The notes: generated by a model from the sequence alone, not told the origin. DNA of 64,000 bases from an uncultured Planctomycetota bacterium (GCA_963740195.1 CAVUDF010000001.1:919494-983493); one strand, 5' to 3'. Shown: positions 18,562 through 29,536, counted from the first letter of the stretch. Translations and numbers: made by a program.

Positions 18562-20112
18562 TCAATCCACCACACGCACCCGTGCCAGATCTTCGAGGCG
18601 TTGGGCCAGCTCGGATGCCGGTTCCGTCCGCTCGCCGATGCTGGTCGACCACGACAGCGGTTCGTCCTTCTCGATCGCGACTTCCATCCGTCGGCATGCG
18701 CTTATGACAGTGGAGTGATTCCGCTTGCCCATCCGGCTGGCGATTTCCGGGTAGCTCAGGCTGGTGAGCCGCCGCGTCAGGTACATCGCGAGGCTGCGGG
18801 CGACGCTGATCGTCCGTTGCCGACTGCCGCTCATGAGCTCGCTGCGTTCGAGGGCGAACAAATCACACGCCGCGGCGAAAATCTGCTCGGCCCGGATCGG
18901 TTGGTTCATCTGACGATCGAGATCACCCAAAATCTCCTGAGCCAACGCGACGTCCGGCTTCCGGTCGGCCAGTTCGACATGGGCGGCCATGCGGTTGATG
19001 GCACCCTCCAGCTCGCGGACGTTCTGCGTCACTCGGCGGGCGATCCAGCCGACGACGTCCGACGGCAGCTTCAACTTGCGACGGCGGGCCAGCTCCTGGA
19101 GGAGTTGCTCACGCATCTCCCGGCTCGGTGGGTCGATCCGGGCGACCATGCCGCTGACGAAGCGACTGATCAAGCTCTCGCCGAAGCTGGCGATCGTCTT
19201 TGGGTGGGCGTCGCTGGCGATCACCACGTGCCGACCGGCGGCTTCGATGGCGTTGAAGGTGTGTAGGAACTCTTCCTGCGTCGCCCGCTTCCCAGCCATG
19301 AAGTGGACGTCGTCGATGACGAGCAAGTCGACGTCCCGCAGCTTCCGACGGAACGCGTCGACGCGGTTGCCCTTGACGGCTGAGACAAAGCCGTTGGTGA
19401 ACTCCTCGGCGGTGAAGTAGGCCCATCGCGAGGTCGGGTGCAGCTTCGCGTACCGCCGGCACAGCCCTTGGAGGAGGTGAGTCTTGCCCAGCCCGACGCC
19501 GCCGTGAATGAAGAGCGGGTTGTACGAAGAGCCCGGCGACTCGGCCACGCAGCGGCAGCACTCGGCGGCGAGTTTGTTACCGGTGCCGACGAGGTAGTCG
19601 TCGAGATCGTGTCGAAGACGATTGCCGACGCTTGAGACGTCCACCGCTACCGGCTTCGGGCTGGTCTCGGCCGGAGTGACGGCCGGAATCGGCAGCTCGG
19701 AGACGGAAGCGACGGCACCTGATGCCGGATCGGCGACATCGGCAAGCGACGACGCCATCTTGTGGAGCCCGCCGTCGAAGCCACCTTCGAACACGTCTGC
19801 TCGCACCTCGTAGCGGATGCTTGGCGAGGCGTTCATCGCCTCGCCTGCCGCGGCGGCGATGTCCTTGTCGAAGTTGCGTCGAATCCAATCCTGAACGAAG
19901 TCGTTGGCGACGACGACGAGCAACACGTCCCCTTCGCCTGGACGTCCAAGGCTTAGACGAGCGCTCTTGACGAACCAGACGGCAAACCGTTGCCGACCGA
20001 CACGTCGTTCGATGCCGACAGCGACATGATCAAGCACGTGGCCCGATCCGTCACTGGCAAGAGAAGTAGAAGAAGTTCCAACGCCGGTCGCGTCGCAGAC
20101 TGCGCGGGGCAT
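18562..20112 (-). CDS. dnaA: chromosomal replication initiator protein DnaA
   Basis: Domain I/II region (FAVWFVKSARLSL...DWIRRNF). AAA+ Walker A GGVGLGKTHLL, Walker B LLVIDDVHF, sensor/arginine-finger region. Domain IV DNA-binding signature ISACRRMEVAIEKD. The ORF extends to 20370, but the MPRAV start at 20112 fits DnaA N-termini better. Confidence 0.9.
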   Translation of the reverse strand: MPRAVCDATGVGTSSTSLASDGSGHVLDHVAVGIERRVGRQRFAVWFVKSARLSLGRPGEGDVLLVVVANDFVQDWIRRNFDKDIAAAAGEAMNASPSIRYEVRADVFEGGFDGGLHKMASSLADVADPASGAVASVSELPIPAVTPAETSPKPVAVDVSSVGNRLRHDLDDYLVGTGNKLAAECCRCVAESPGSSYNPLFIHGGVGLGKTHLLQGLCRRYAKLHPTSRWAYFTAEEFTNGFVSAVKGNRVDAFRRKLRDVDLLVIDDVHFMAGKRATQEEFLHTFNAIEAAGRHVVIASDAHPKTIASFGESLISRFVSGMVARIDPPSREMREQLLQELARRRKLKLPSDVVGWIARRVTQNVRELEGAINRMAAHVELADRKPDVALAQEILGDLDRQMNQPIRAEQIFAAACDLFALERSELMSGSRQRTISVARSLAMYLTRRLTSLSYPEIASRMGKRNHSTVISACRRMEVAIEKDEPLSWSTSIGERTEPASELAQRLEDLARVRVVD

Positions 20113-20639
20113 GGTGAGTCCGTTCCGGACGTCGACAGAGTCGCCTCCGGCCTCGGTGCCGGGGACATGCAGGTCGTCGTCCGCTGATGTGCGGTTGAGT
20201 TGTTCGACACGCTGGCCACTCTCCTCATCCTGAGGCCGAGTTTCTGTCGCCGCACGAGGCGTCAACAGACCGAACGCGCACCGGCGAGGCCGGTTCAGGT
20301 TCGAGGCGGTTGTGTCGTGGCGGGCATCAGAGCGCGGGCCCGGTCCAGACACCCGGCGTCGCGTGATCATGATGGTGCCGACGATGCCACACCTACGCCA
20401 CTCGTGGCCGAGCCCGATTTGATCGAACGGACTGCCACGAGATGAGCGTCGGCCGACGCGACACCTGTTGGGGCGAACGTCGGACCGGCGTGGTGTTGGG
20501 CCTCATGCCCCAGGCCGGTTCGTCTGCTCGACGTCTGATCACGTCGGCGATGAACGGCCATAAATCCTTGAAGTTCTCGCCGTTTCCGACGATGCGTGGG
20601 GCCAGCGTAAGCAGGCTGAAGCTGCCAAGCAACGACGGG

Positions 20640-20790
20640 AGCCATCCCGACAAGTTGCCGACACGGTTGTCACGATCGGCATGACCTGCCCGACAACTGT
20701 TTGCGCGCCGTTAACGAAGTTGCCCACATCCTGCCACACGCGTTGTCCACCTGTCGCGCCGCGTGATTAACTTGTGGGCGACGCGCCGAA
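20640..20790. promoter_or_regulatory. cluster of DnaA-box-like 9-mers upstream of dnaA (candidate oriC / dnaA autoregulatory region)
   Basis: High-GC-style boxes within 150 nt: TTGCCGACA (20653), TTGTCACGA (20669), TTGCCCACA (20719), TTGTCCACC (20744) and reverse TTGTGGGCG (20773). They lie in the 400-650 nt non-coding stretch between the GNAT gene and dnaA. Confidence 0.35.
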
Positions 20791-21939
20791 CACGTGAAAC
20801 AACGCGTCGCGCTTCGCGATCTGGTGACTGCCGCGTCGGCTGTAGAGCTTGAGGCCGGGCGCGTTGCGGGTGTCGACGGCAAGGGCGAGCCAACGGTGCC
20901 GGGTGGTGGCAGCGGTCGCGTCGGCTTGATTCATCAAAACCTCGGACAGGCCTGTTCCGCGGACTTCCGGTGCGAGGCCCAGGTAGACCAGCTCGACGCC
21001 GTCGTTGCCATCGTTGCCGAGTCCGGCGAGAAGAAGAACGCCCACCGGCTTTCGTTGGCCACCCTTGGTGGAGAGCACGACATGCCACCAGTCGGGGCGG
21101 AACACGCCAGAGGCTTGATGCCCGTCCAGCACCTCGTCCATGGAGCGAAGGCCGTTGAGGGCGGTGCAGTCGAGGCTGTCGGCGTAGGAAGCTTCGATGG
21201 CTTCTGCGAAGAGAGGTCGGAGCTCGCTCGAGTAGGTGGCAAGCTCTAGCCCGTCGGGCAGCTCGACCGCTGCTGTGTTTCCCGTCACTCGCTTGTGGAG
21301 GTAGGCGAGTTCGGCCGCGGGCTCGAATTGGTTTCTGGTCGTCAAGACGTTGCGGACGGCCGTGGCTTCTTGAGGCAGCAGGACCTGGGCGAGGCGGACG
21401 CCTGCCGCCGACGCCATTTCGACAGCGGCTTCGACTGCCGCGGCGGCGTCTTCCTCTGGGTGCCGCGTCACCGGCAGCGTGGCCGGAAGGAGCATCGTGG
21501 CTGTCGCGCCTGGCAGGACGACTACGGCGGCAGACCAAAGGATGGGTCGTCGGCTACCGGTACTGGGGCGAACGACCGCTGCGCCGCAGACTCGGCCGCC
21601 ACGGTCTTGGGTGTATCGAGCAAAGGTGTCCGCCGCGGAAGGGTCCTTGGAGCCGGCACCGTCCGGAAGAGCCAGGCGAACCGCATGCGACAGGGCGTTG
21701 CCTTGTGTCACCACATCAACGACTCCCTCGGGTGCGGTATGCGCCAGCGTCGTCGGCAGGAAGTTCTTCAGCGGCACGGCGTTCGTGAACGGTACGTCAG
21801 GGTCTGTTACAACCGAAGCGGCTCGCAGACGCTGAAGCCGCATCGCTCGCACGGCCGCATCGGGTTCGACATTGTGTAAAGCGGGCGAGCTACTCATCGC
21901 ATCTGTGCCGACGGGTGTTGCCGTCGGTCCAGACAACAT
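20767..21939 (-). CDS. GNAT-family N-acetyltransferase with long N-terminal extension
   Basis: C-terminal acetyl-CoA-binding region VELVYLGLAPEVRGTGLSEVL...LAVDTRNAPGLKLYSRRG is typical of GNAT. The N-terminal 250 aa have no assignable domain. Confidence 0.55.
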   Translation of the reverse strand: MLSGPTATPVGTDAMSSSPALHNVEPDAAVRAMRLQRLRAASVVTDPDVPFTNAVPLKNFLPTTLAHTAPEGVVDVVTQGNALSHAVRLALPDGAGSKDPSAADTFARYTQDRGGRVCGAAVVRPSTGSRRPILWSAAVVVLPGATATMLLPATLPVTRHPEEDAAAAVEAAVEMASAAGVRLAQVLLPQEATAVRNVLTTRNQFEPAAELAYLHKRVTGNTAAVELPDGLELATYSSELRPLFAEAIEASYADSLDCTALNGLRSMDEVLDGHQASGVFRPDWWHVVLSTKGGQRKPVGVLLLAGLGNDGNDGVELVYLGLAPEVRGTGLSEVLMNQADATAATTRHRWLALAVDTRNAPGLKLYSRRGSHQIAKRDALFHVFGASPTS

Positions 21940-22011
21940 CGGTGCCTGTCGATAGGGACATGAGCAGGATGTCAGGCTTCAAAGTGGTGCTTGGGGGGTG
22001 GCGGCGTTATC

Positions 22012-22701
22012 ATGCCTGCGATGCCACTTCTCTCGACCCTTTCAGAGCCGATGTTGCGCCAGACGCGGCGTGCGGTTGTCACACTGCTTTTCGCCGGATT
22101 CAGCCTTCTTTGCCTGCAGAATCAGGCATCGGCCGACTATCCGGAGCCGGGCTTCGCGCCCAAGGCATGGCAGTTCGATTTCAGGTACGAGCAGCCCAAG
22201 CGGGTCGTTCTTGTTGCTCCCAACGGCGACCGGGAGGCTTATTGGTACCTGGCCTACACGGTGACGAACGACACGGAGCAGGAACGGACGTTCCTGCCCG
22301 ACATCGTGATGGTCACACGGACGGGCGAGGTGGTGCGGGCCAACAACAACGTGCCGATGGGCGTTTACGAAGCGATCCGCCTGCGGACGCCGAACCTGCC
22401 GATGGTCGCGCCTCAGAAGGTGTTCGGCCGGCTGTTGATCGGCGAGGATCGTGCGCGGAGCAGCGTTGCAATTTGGCGTGAGCCGATGAGCGACATGGGC
22501 ACCTTCCAGATTTTCGTGGCTGGCATCAGTGGCGAGGTCGAGACGCTCATGGGCAGCGACGGCGAGCCGCTCGTCGGGGAAGACGGGGAGACCATTCTCG
22601 TCCGCAAAAGCAAGAGGCTCGGCTTTCGCGTCCTGGGTGACGGCCTCGACACCGGCGAGGACACGGTCCGCCAGGAACGGGACGAGTGGGTGATGCGGTA
22701 G
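22012..22701 (+). CDS. hypothetical secreted protein
   Basis: Signal peptide (RRAVVTLLFAGFSLLCLQNQASA). Coding-like composition (W/Y/F-rich) and no overlapping alternative. Function unknown. Confidence 0.45.
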   Translation: MPAMPLLSTLSEPMLRQTRRAVVTLLFAGFSLLCLQNQASADYPEPGFAPKAWQFDFRYEQPKRVVLVAPNGDREAYWYLAYTVTNDTEQERTFLPDIVMVTRTGEVVRANNNVPMGVYEAIRLRTPNLPMVAPQKVFGRLLIGEDRARSSVAIWREPMSDMGTFQIFVAGISGEVETLMGSDGEPLVGEDGETILVRKSKRLGFRVLGDGLDTGEDTVRQERDEWVMR

Positions 22702-22770
22702 CCGCGTTCTAGCATTGACGAAGCGGATCAGCGACCTAGTGTCGCGGCCCCACGCAGAAGGTGAACACTT

Positions 22771-23019
22771 ATGGCACACAAGAAGGGCCAAGGCTCCAGC
22801 AAAAACGGTCGTGACAGCAATCCGCAGTACCTTGGCATCAAGGCCTACGGAGGCGAGTTCGTGACCGCCGGCAGCATCATCATCCGTCAGCGTGGTACGC
22901 GCTTCAAGCCTGGCTTCAACGTCGGCTTGGGTAAAGACGACACGATTTTCGCGCTGAAGCCCGGCAACGTCGAGTTCCAGGGTCGAAAGATTCACATCCG
23001 TGAGTCGGTCACGGCGTGA
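22771..23019 (+). CDS. rpmA: 50S ribosomal protein L27
   Basis: [24 protein letters not shown]...[15 protein letters not shown]...GKDDTIFAL matches the L27 consensus. Length 82 aa. Confidence 0.9.
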   Translation: MAHKKGQGSSKNGRDSNPQYLGIKAYGGEFVTAGSIIIRQRGTRFKPGFNVGLGKDDTIFALKPGNVEFQGRKIHIRESVTA

Positions 23020-23479
23020 GCAAGTCCGGTCGCGAGACCGGCTGCGTCGCAGGTTGAGTTGTTAGCTGCTCCGGCTCGTCGATCACGATGGCCGGAGCTG
23101 TCTGGTCTTGTAGACGGAAGAGCTCAGTGCCCTCTTGCAGCTCGAACCCTCGGGCGATCCGCTCGACCATTGGCACTTTGATGACGTCTTCGTCTTTGTC
23201 GGAAGACGTCACGACGTCTGTCGCCGCCTGAGGTGCGGTCGCGATCATGACCTTTTGGCCTGTACGGCTGACGAAGATCTCGAATACGGGCGTCGCCTCT
23301 CCGGAGTCGAAGGCCTGCTTCGCCTCGAAGGCCTCAAACAGATACTCGCCGTCGATCCGCATGGAAACGAAGTAGCCAAGGTACGGGTCGACCTCGATCT
23401 CTTCTGGCAGGGGGCTGCCACCACATCCGCCGAGCGAGAGAGCGGCGACGAGGGCGAGCGGATACAGCGCGTTTCTCAC
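23009..23479 (-). CDS. hypothetical lipoprotein
   Basis: Start proposed at GTG (rc 23477-23479), giving signal peptide [21 protein letters not shown] with a lipobox. No conserved domain recognised. Confidence 0.45.
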   Translation of the reverse strand: MRNALYPLALVAALSLGGCGGSPLPEEIEVDPYLGYFVSMRIDGEYLFEAFEAKQAFDSGEATPVFEIFVSRTGQKVMIATAPQAATDVVTSSDKDEDVIKVPMVERIARGFELQEGTELFRLQDQTAPAIVIDEPEQLTTQPATQPVSRPDLLTP

Positions 23480-23487
23480 CGCACACC

Positions 23488-24387
23488 TTAGCGCGGCGGG
23501 CCGACCAACAACTGCTTGGCCTGCCGGTACCGGTCGATCGTGCCGCTGACGACCTCCCGCGGTAGCGCGGGCCCGGGAGGTGTCCTGTCCCACTTCAAGC
23601 TGCTCAGGTAGTCGCGGACGAACTGCTTGTCGAAAGACGGCTGAGCACGACCCGGCTGCCAATCGTCGGCAGGCCAGTAGCGGCTGGAGTCAGGCGTGAA
23701 GATCTCGTCCGCCAGCACAACTTCGCCGGCGGCGTCGAGGCCGAACTCGAGCTTCGTGTCCGCCAGCAACACGCCCCGCGCGGCTGCGTGTGCCGAGGCA
23801 CGAGAAAACAGGTTGAGCGTCCGTCGCCTGAGATCCTCGGCAAGCTGCCAGCCAAGCTCGTCGGCCATCCGCTCGAAAGGAACGTTCTCATCATGCCCTT
23901 CGTTCGCCTTGGTGGCGGGCGTGAAGATGGGCTCCGGCAGGCGATCGCCCTCGCGCAGGCCTGACGGGACGGTGATGCCGCAGATTTGACCGGTTCGGCG
24001 GTACTCGGACCAGCCGGAGCCAGCGAGGTAGCCGCGGGCCACGCATTCGAACGGGACGACGTTCAGCTTGCGGACGAGCATGCTCTGCGGCGCCAGGTCG
24101 CCAGCAACTTCCTGCAGGCGGTCGGCTTCATCGTCTGCCAGGTGATTCTGGACGTCCGGGAACTGGCCGAACCAGAATCGGGCAATCTCAGTCAGCAGCC
24201 GACCCTTGCCCGGGATCGGCGTCGGCATGACGACGTCGTACGCACTGACGCGATCCGTCGCGACCAGCAACAGATGCGCCGGAACGACCTGGTCGACGTC
24301 GTACACGTCGCGCACCTTCCCGCGCTTCAACGGAAACGGGAGGCTCGTCTCGAACACGCCGTCGGCCGATGAGCTGGGTGCTGACAT
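23488..24387 (-). CDS. purC: phosphoribosylaminoimidazole-succinocarboxamide synthase (SAICAR synthetase)
   Basis: GKVRDVYDV...[13 protein letters not shown] ... LADTKLEFG match PurC signatures. Length 299 aa. Confidence 0.85.
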   Translation of the reverse strand: MSAPSSSADGVFETSLPFPLKRGKVRDVYDVDQVVPAHLLLVATDRVSAYDVVMPTPIPGKGRLLTEIARFWFGQFPDVQNHLADDEADRLQEVAGDLAPQSMLVRKLNVVPFECVARGYLAGSGWSEYRRTGQICGITVPSGLREGDRLPEPIFTPATKANEGHDENVPFERMADELGWQLAEDLRRRTLNLFSRASAHAAARGVLLADTKLEFGLDAAGEVVLADEIFTPDSSRYWPADDWQPGRAQPSFDKQFVRDYLSSLKWDRTPPGPALPREVVSGTIDRYRQAKQLLVGPPR

Positions 24388-24420
24388 GCGTCAGCCACGG
24401 TATGCCGACGCGGGTTTGCC

Positions 24421-25300
24421 TTGGAGGCCGCATCAGCCGATACCAGGGGCGTGGAAGCGGATATTCGTTGGTATCTCTTGAGCGTCCTCTTCGGCGTAGT
24501 GGAAGGCCTGACGGAGTTTCTGCCCGTCAGCAGCACGGCGCACCTTCGGCTCATCAAGCCTGTGGTTGGGGTTAGCTTGGAGGACCCGTACTGGAAGATG
24601 TACGACGTCGTCATCCAGCTCGGGGCGATTCTGGCCGTCGTCGTCTTCTTCAGGACAAAGCTGCTCGGCTTTCTCAAGTCGTTTCCGAAGGGCGAGTCCG
24701 GAAACAGAATCGCCGCTCACGCACCCTCTATCGTTGGTCTTTCTCGCGTTCTGCGTGACGGCAGGGCCTGCGTTTCTGCTGAGCAAGTTGATCAAGGAGA
24801 ACCTCGAATCGCTCTGGATCATGGGTGCGTCGCTCTTCATCGGCGGCGTCATTATGTGGATCATCGACGCGAGCTTCGGCAAGCGGGGCAAGACCGACAC
24901 GATGTCCGCGATGCGGTGGCCCCAGGCCGTGGTCGTCGGGGCGGCCCAGATTCTGGCAGCCGTCTTTCCTGGGATGAGTCGTTCGATGAGCACCATTGCC
25001 GGCGGGCAGATTGCCGGCATGAATCGCGAGACGGCTCTCGAGTTCAGCTTCTTCCTCGCCATCCCGACGATGTTCGCCGCGTGTATCTTCGACCTCAAAG
25101 ACACTGTCGACAGCGGGCTCGTGATGAACATCCACAGCTGGGGCGTTCTGGCGACAGGCTTTGTCGTCAGCTTCTTCGTGGCCTGGGCAGTGATTGCCTG
25201 GTTCATGAGCTGGGTCAGGAACCGTGGCTTCGTGCCGTTCGCGATCTACCGAATCATCCTCGGGCTCGCCGTCATGGGCTATCTGGTCTTCCTGAACTGA
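24421..25300 (+). CDS. uppP: undecaprenyl-diphosphatase, one frameshift
   Basis: N-terminal segment [19 protein letters not shown] (ORF 24421..) and C-terminal segment with [13 protein letters not shown] and further TM helices (ORF 24566..25300) lie in different frames. Break at about 24700. Confidence 0.75.
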
Positions 25301-25429
25301 TTCGACCGCAAGGCGATAGGACTTGTCGTATCATGCCGTTGACGGGCGTCGTTGTGTGACCTCGTCCCTGCGGTAGCCGTGACCCGTGGGAAGTCGTGTC
25401 GTTGCCGACGGGCAGAGGGAGATCGTGCG

Positions 25430-26566
25430 ATGGCGCTCAACGTGTTGCGAGGCCTGTTCGTTCTGCTGATGGCAGCCGTCGGGTTCTCGTTCGTCACCAC
25501 CGATCCGCGGGAGCTGGGCGGCATCGGCTCGGTCGGCGGATCCTCTTGGCTGGCAATGGCTTTTGCGCTGTCGCTGGGGGTGCTGATGGTCATCCTCGAC
25601 ATCATCTCGGGGCGTCGGAAGCTGGCCGTCTTCAGTGGCGTCGCCTTCGGGATTCTCGTCGGTCTCACGGTCGCCTATGCGCTCTCGTTCGGTGTCGCCC
25701 TCGTCGTCGACAACGTCCTGCTCCCTGGCGGGCTCAACAGCCGGGAGAACGCCGCCGTCACGAGCTTCTTGAATCTGCTCATCGGCACCATCGTCTGTTA
25801 CTTCAGCATCAGCTTCGTCTTGCAGACCAAGGACGACGTTCGGTTCATCATCCCCTACGTCGAATTCCGACGTGACACGCGCGGCGTCAAGCCGATCGTC
25901 GTCGACACCAGCGCGATGATGGACCCGCGCCTGACCGACATCGTCGGCAGCGGGTTTATCGACGGGCGACTGATCGTGCCGCAGTCGGTCGTCGGGGAGC
26001 TTCAACTCATCAGCGATCATCCCGATCGGGCCAAGGCGGGCCGTGCCCGTGAGGGGCTTGATCGGCTCGCAGCGATGCAGCGAAACGAAGCTGTCGACGT
26101 TCGCATCTTCGATGATCGAGCCGATCGCACTCAACCGGCCGAAGAAGACGTCGATGGTCACGTCATTGATCTGGCCCGGCAGCTGGAGGGGCGTGTGATG
26201 ACCGTTGATGCCAACATGGGCAAGGTGGCGAAGCTCGCCGGTGTCATCGTATTGAATTTGAACGACTTGAGCGATGCCGTACGCATTCCCGCGATGCCGG
26301 GCGACGAGCTGAGCCTGCACATCACGCGTCGCGGCAATGTTGCCGGTCAGGGCGTTGCCCACCTGCCGGACGGGACGATGGTGGTTGTCGAAGAGGCTTC
26401 CGACTACGTGGGGGACGACGTTCAAGCCGTCGTCACCAATGCGACGCAGACGTCTTCAGGCCGGATGGTGTTTGCACGTCGAAAATCGGGCGACGAAGTC
26501 CCACCCCGGCGACCCCGGCGAGGCCGATCGCGCAGCGATCCGCCTGTCGCGTCTGTCGGGCCTTAG
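25430..26566 (+). CDS. PIN/TRAM-domain membrane protein (YacL-like)
   Basis: Four N-terminal TM helices, then a PIN-like region (IVVDTSAMMDPRL...GRLIVPQSVVGELQ) and a C-terminal TRAM-like beta-barrel (GDELSLHITRRGNVAGQGVAHLPDGTMVVVEEA). Start at ATG 25430. Confidence 0.65.
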   Translation: MALNVLRGLFVLLMAAVGFSFVTTDPRELGGIGSVGGSSWLAMAFALSLGVLMVILDIISGRRKLAVFSGVAFGILVGLTVAYALSFGVALVVDNVLLPGGLNSRENAAVTSFLNLLIGTIVCYFSISFVLQTKDDVRFIIPYVEFRRDTRGVKPIVVDTSAMMDPRLTDIVGSGFIDGRLIVPQSVVGELQLISDHPDRAKAGRAREGLDRLAAMQRNEAVDVRIFDDRADRTQPAEEDVDGHVIDLARQLEGRVMTVDANMGKVAKLAGVIVLNLNDLSDAVRIPAMPGDELSLHITRRGNVAGQGVAHLPDGTMVVVEEASDYVGDDVQAVVTNATQTSSGRMVFARRKSGDEVPPRRPRRGRSRSDPPVASVGP

Positions 26567-26578
26567 GCTGTCGGTTCA

Positions 26579-27874
26579 ATGGCAGCACGTACCGACGGTC
26601 CCGATATCGAGACCCAACTCAACCTCCTCAAACGTCGATGCGATCGCATCCTGACGGAGGGCGATCTCCGCAGCAAACTCGAGAAGGGCCGACCGCTGCG
26701 GATCAAGCTCGGCATGGATCCGACCGCCCCCGACGTCACCCTCGGCCACTGCGTTCCGCTGAAGGTCATCCGCCAGTTCCAGGAGTGGGGCCACAAGGCT
26801 GTCGTCATCATCGGTGACTACACCGCCCGCGTCGGCGACCCGACGGGCGTCAACAGCACCCGGCCGATGCTGACGGGTGAAGAGATCGACCAAAACGCCG
26901 AGACCTACGTGCAGCAGATCGGCAAGGTGCTGCTGACGGATGACGAGCATCTCGAAATCCGTCGCAACGGAGAGTGGCTCGCCAAGCTGAACCTCGTCGA
27001 CCTCATCAAGCTCGCCGCCCGCAAGACCGTCGCCCAGGTGCTGGATCGCGACGACTTTCAGAAGCGATACATCGCCAAACAAGAGATCGGCCTGCACGAG
27101 TTCATGTACCCGCTCTTGCAGGGCTACGACAGCGTCGCCGTGGAGGCAGACGTGGAGATGGGGGGCAGCGACCAGCTGTTCAACAACCTGGTCGGCCGAG
27201 AGTTCCAGCAGGCCGACGGCCAGAGTCCGCCGGCCGGGCAGTGCGTCATCGTCACGCCGCTGCTCGTCGGGACGGACGGGACGATGAAGATGAGCAAGTC
27301 CAAGGGCAACTACATCGCGGTCACCGACCCGGCGGGTGGCGACGGCGGCATGTTCGGTAAGATCATGAGCCTGCCCGACGACGCGATGCCCATGTACTAC
27401 CGGCTGCTCACCGACGTGCCCGTCGCCGAGTACACGCACCACATCCAGGACTCCCCCCGCGACGCCAAGGTCCGGCTGGCCAACTCGATCATCGCGGACT
27501 TCCACAACGACGAGGCCGCGGACAAGGCGGCGACGAGCTTTAAGGTCGCGACGTCGGGCGGCATTCCGGACGAGATTCCGGAAGTTGCCGTGGGGCAGGG
27601 GCCGCACACGTTGGCGGCGCTGCTCGTGAAGGTCGGCTTCTGCCAAAGCAACAGCGAGGCGATCCGCCTGATCCGCCAGGGCGGCGTGAAGCTGGACGGC
27701 GACAAGCTCGACGACCCGAAGTACGGCATCTACCCGCGCGGCGTCCTGCAGGCAGGCAAACGCAAGTTTGTCAAATTGACTGCCGTAGACCGGCGGGTTA
27801 CTGTTCGAGTGCGATCATCGCCAATGCCAGGGCGACGCTCTCGGATCGTGGGAACAGCCGATCGAGTCGGCTGA
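26579..27874 (+). CDS. tyrS: tyrosine--tRNA ligase
   Basis: Class I motifs: HIGH-region GMDPTAPDVTLGHCV and KMSKSKGN. C-terminal S4-like domain. Confidence 0.85.
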   Translation: MAARTDGPDIETQLNLLKRRCDRILTEGDLRSKLEKGRPLRIKLGMDPTAPDVTLGHCVPLKVIRQFQEWGHKAVVIIGDYTARVGDPTGVNSTRPMLTGEEIDQNAETYVQQIGKVLLTDDEHLEIRRNGEWLAKLNLVDLIKLAARKTVAQVLDRDDFQKRYIAKQEIGLHEFMYPLLQGYDSVAVEADVEMGGSDQLFNNLVGREFQQADGQSPPAGQCVIVTPLLVGTDGTMKMSKSKGNYIAVTDPAGGDGGMFGKIMSLPDDAMPMYYRLLTDVPVAEYTHHIQDSPRDAKVRLANSIIADFHNDEAADKAATSFKVATSGGIPDEIPEVAVGQGPHTLAALLVKVGFCQSNSEAIRLIRQGGVKLDGDKLDDPKYGIYPRGVLQAGKRKFVKLTAVDRRVTVRVRSSPMPGRRSRIVGTADRVG

Positions 27875-28127
27875 GCTCGAACGTCTTCCAAAGCTCGTCC
27901 GTCACAGCCGCGATCACCAGGCGACAGCTCGTATGACTCAGAAGCTTTCGCAGGCCGACGAGCTGTGCGAGGTTACTTGAATTGACGAACGAAACGCCCG
28001 CCATGTCGAGGACGGCATGGCGCGGCTCCTCCTCAAGCTTGAGCGTCAGAGACTCGAGCTCGTCGCTGAATTGCGGATCATCGGCCAAGTGCGCGACGCA
28101 GACGTTCTCGCTCCATTCAACCGGCAT
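27798..28127 (-). CDS. STAS-domain anti-sigma-factor antagonist (SpoIIAA/RsbV-like)
   Basis: Only the last 110 aa of ORF 27798..28424 are coding-like. That part has the STAS fold pattern (LDMAGVSFVNSSNLAQLVGL...LVIAAVTDELWKTFELSRLD). Start at MPVEW (28127). Confidence 0.55.
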   Translation of the reverse strand: MPVEWSENVCVAHLADDPQFSDELESLTLKLEEEPRHAVLDMAGVSFVNSSNLAQLVGLRKLLSHTSCRLVIAAVTDELWKTFELSRLDRLFPRSESVALALAMIALEQ

Positions 28128-28218
28128 CGCCGAAGCGTAGCGATCGGCACCGTGCCGCAAAAGGGCAGAAGCGAAGGCATCTGAAACAGACGCAACGACA
28201 TGTGACGTACGGTGGGCG

Positions 28219-29536
28219 GTGCTGATCCCGATCATCTGGCTCGACGAACCAGGCGGAACCCAAGCGGCGGCGGAGGCGGTCGATCGACTCCGGCTCGACC
28301 CGCGCTCGCTCTTTCGTGACGACGAAGCCACCGCGACCGTTCGACGGGTCCTGGAGGACGTCGCCGAGCGAGGCGACGCTGCGCTCGTCGACACGATCCG
28401 GCAGTACGACGACCCGAACTTCAAGCCGGAGTCGCTACTCGTTCACGCCGACGAGATGGCCGCGGCGGTTGGACGCTTGGACGCCGATCTATTGGCACAC
28501 CTGCGTCTGGCGATCGAGCAACGTTCGCCGTTATCAGCAGCACATCATGCCGTCTCCCGAGGTGCCGGAGCTGGATCGGGACGGCGTGCGGCTCGGCCTT
28601 CGCTACACACCTTTGGCCAGCGCCGGCTGCTACGTGCCGGGCGGGAAGGCGAGCTACCCGTCGAGTCTAATTCACCTGGCGGTGCCGGCCCAGGTGGCGG
28701 GGGTGAAACAGGTCGTCGTCACAACGCCTGCCAGCACGTTCGGTCAAAGCGATCTCGTGCTGGCAGCGGCGCACGAACTAGGTATCGAGACGCTGGTCCG
28801 CTGCGGCGGCCCGGCGGCGATTGCGGCGTTGGCATTCGGCACCGAAAGCGTGCCGCGGGTCGACAAGATCGTCGGGCCGGGCAACAGCTACGTGCAGATC
28901 GCCAAGCGGCTGGTTAATGGTGGCGTTGGCGTCGACGGCTTTCTAGGCCCGTCGGAGGTGCTCGTTTTCGCTGACGACTCCGCCGAACCTGCGTTCGTTG
29001 CGGCGGATCTCATCGCCCAGGCAGAGCACGATCCGGGACGCTGCTACCTGTTGACAACGGACACGACGCTCCCCGAGCGAGTGGACGCCGAGCTGGAGAA
29101 GCAGCTGGCCCGGCGTGGCCGTCGCGATGCGGCAGAAAAAGCCTTACGCAATGATTCTGCAGTTCTTGTGAGCGATGACGAAGCGATCCTCATCGAGCTG
29201 GCGGCTCGGCTCGCCCCAGAGCACCTGAGTGTGCAGACGCGTGACCCGCGGGCAACGCTCGCCAAGCTGCCGAATGCCGGCTGTGCGTTTCTCGGCCCCT
29301 GGTCACCTGTTGCGGCGGGCGATTACACCGCCGGGCCGAGCCACTGCCTGCCGACGAATACGACGGCCCGTTTCGGTGGCGGCATCAGCGTCTTCGAGTT
29401 CCTCAAGCGCGGCGGCATCGTCGAGTACAACGAGGCGGGCTTGGCACAAGACGCCCAGGCGGCCGCGGCGCTCGCCGATGCCGAAGGTCTCGACGGCCAC
29501 GCTGCGAGCATCCGCCTCCGGACGTCAGGCCAGTAG
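28219..29536 (+). CDS. hisD: histidinol dehydrogenase, one frameshift
   Basis: N-terminal part (VRRVLEDVAERGDAALVDTIRQYD) in frame 1. It continues NVRRYQQ...GVRLGLRYTPLASAGCYVPGGKASYPSS...AQAEHDPGRCYLLT in ORF 28316..29536. Junction at about 28524 (gagcaacgtt). Confidence 0.8.

Noticed and set aside
22702-22770. Sigma70-like promoter (TTGACG ... TAGTGT) upstream of rpmA
   Set aside because: The -10 match is poor (3 of 6) and promoter consensus for this phylum is not established. Not reported as a feature.
22042-22995. 317-aa minus-strand ORF overlapping the secreted hypothetical gene and rpmA
   Set aside because: Overlaps the unmistakable L27 gene in antisense. Composition is non-coding-like.
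26576-27646. 356-aa minus-strand ORF antisense to tyrS
   Set aside because: Shadow ORF. tyrS motifs (HIGH/KMSKS) are on the plus strand.
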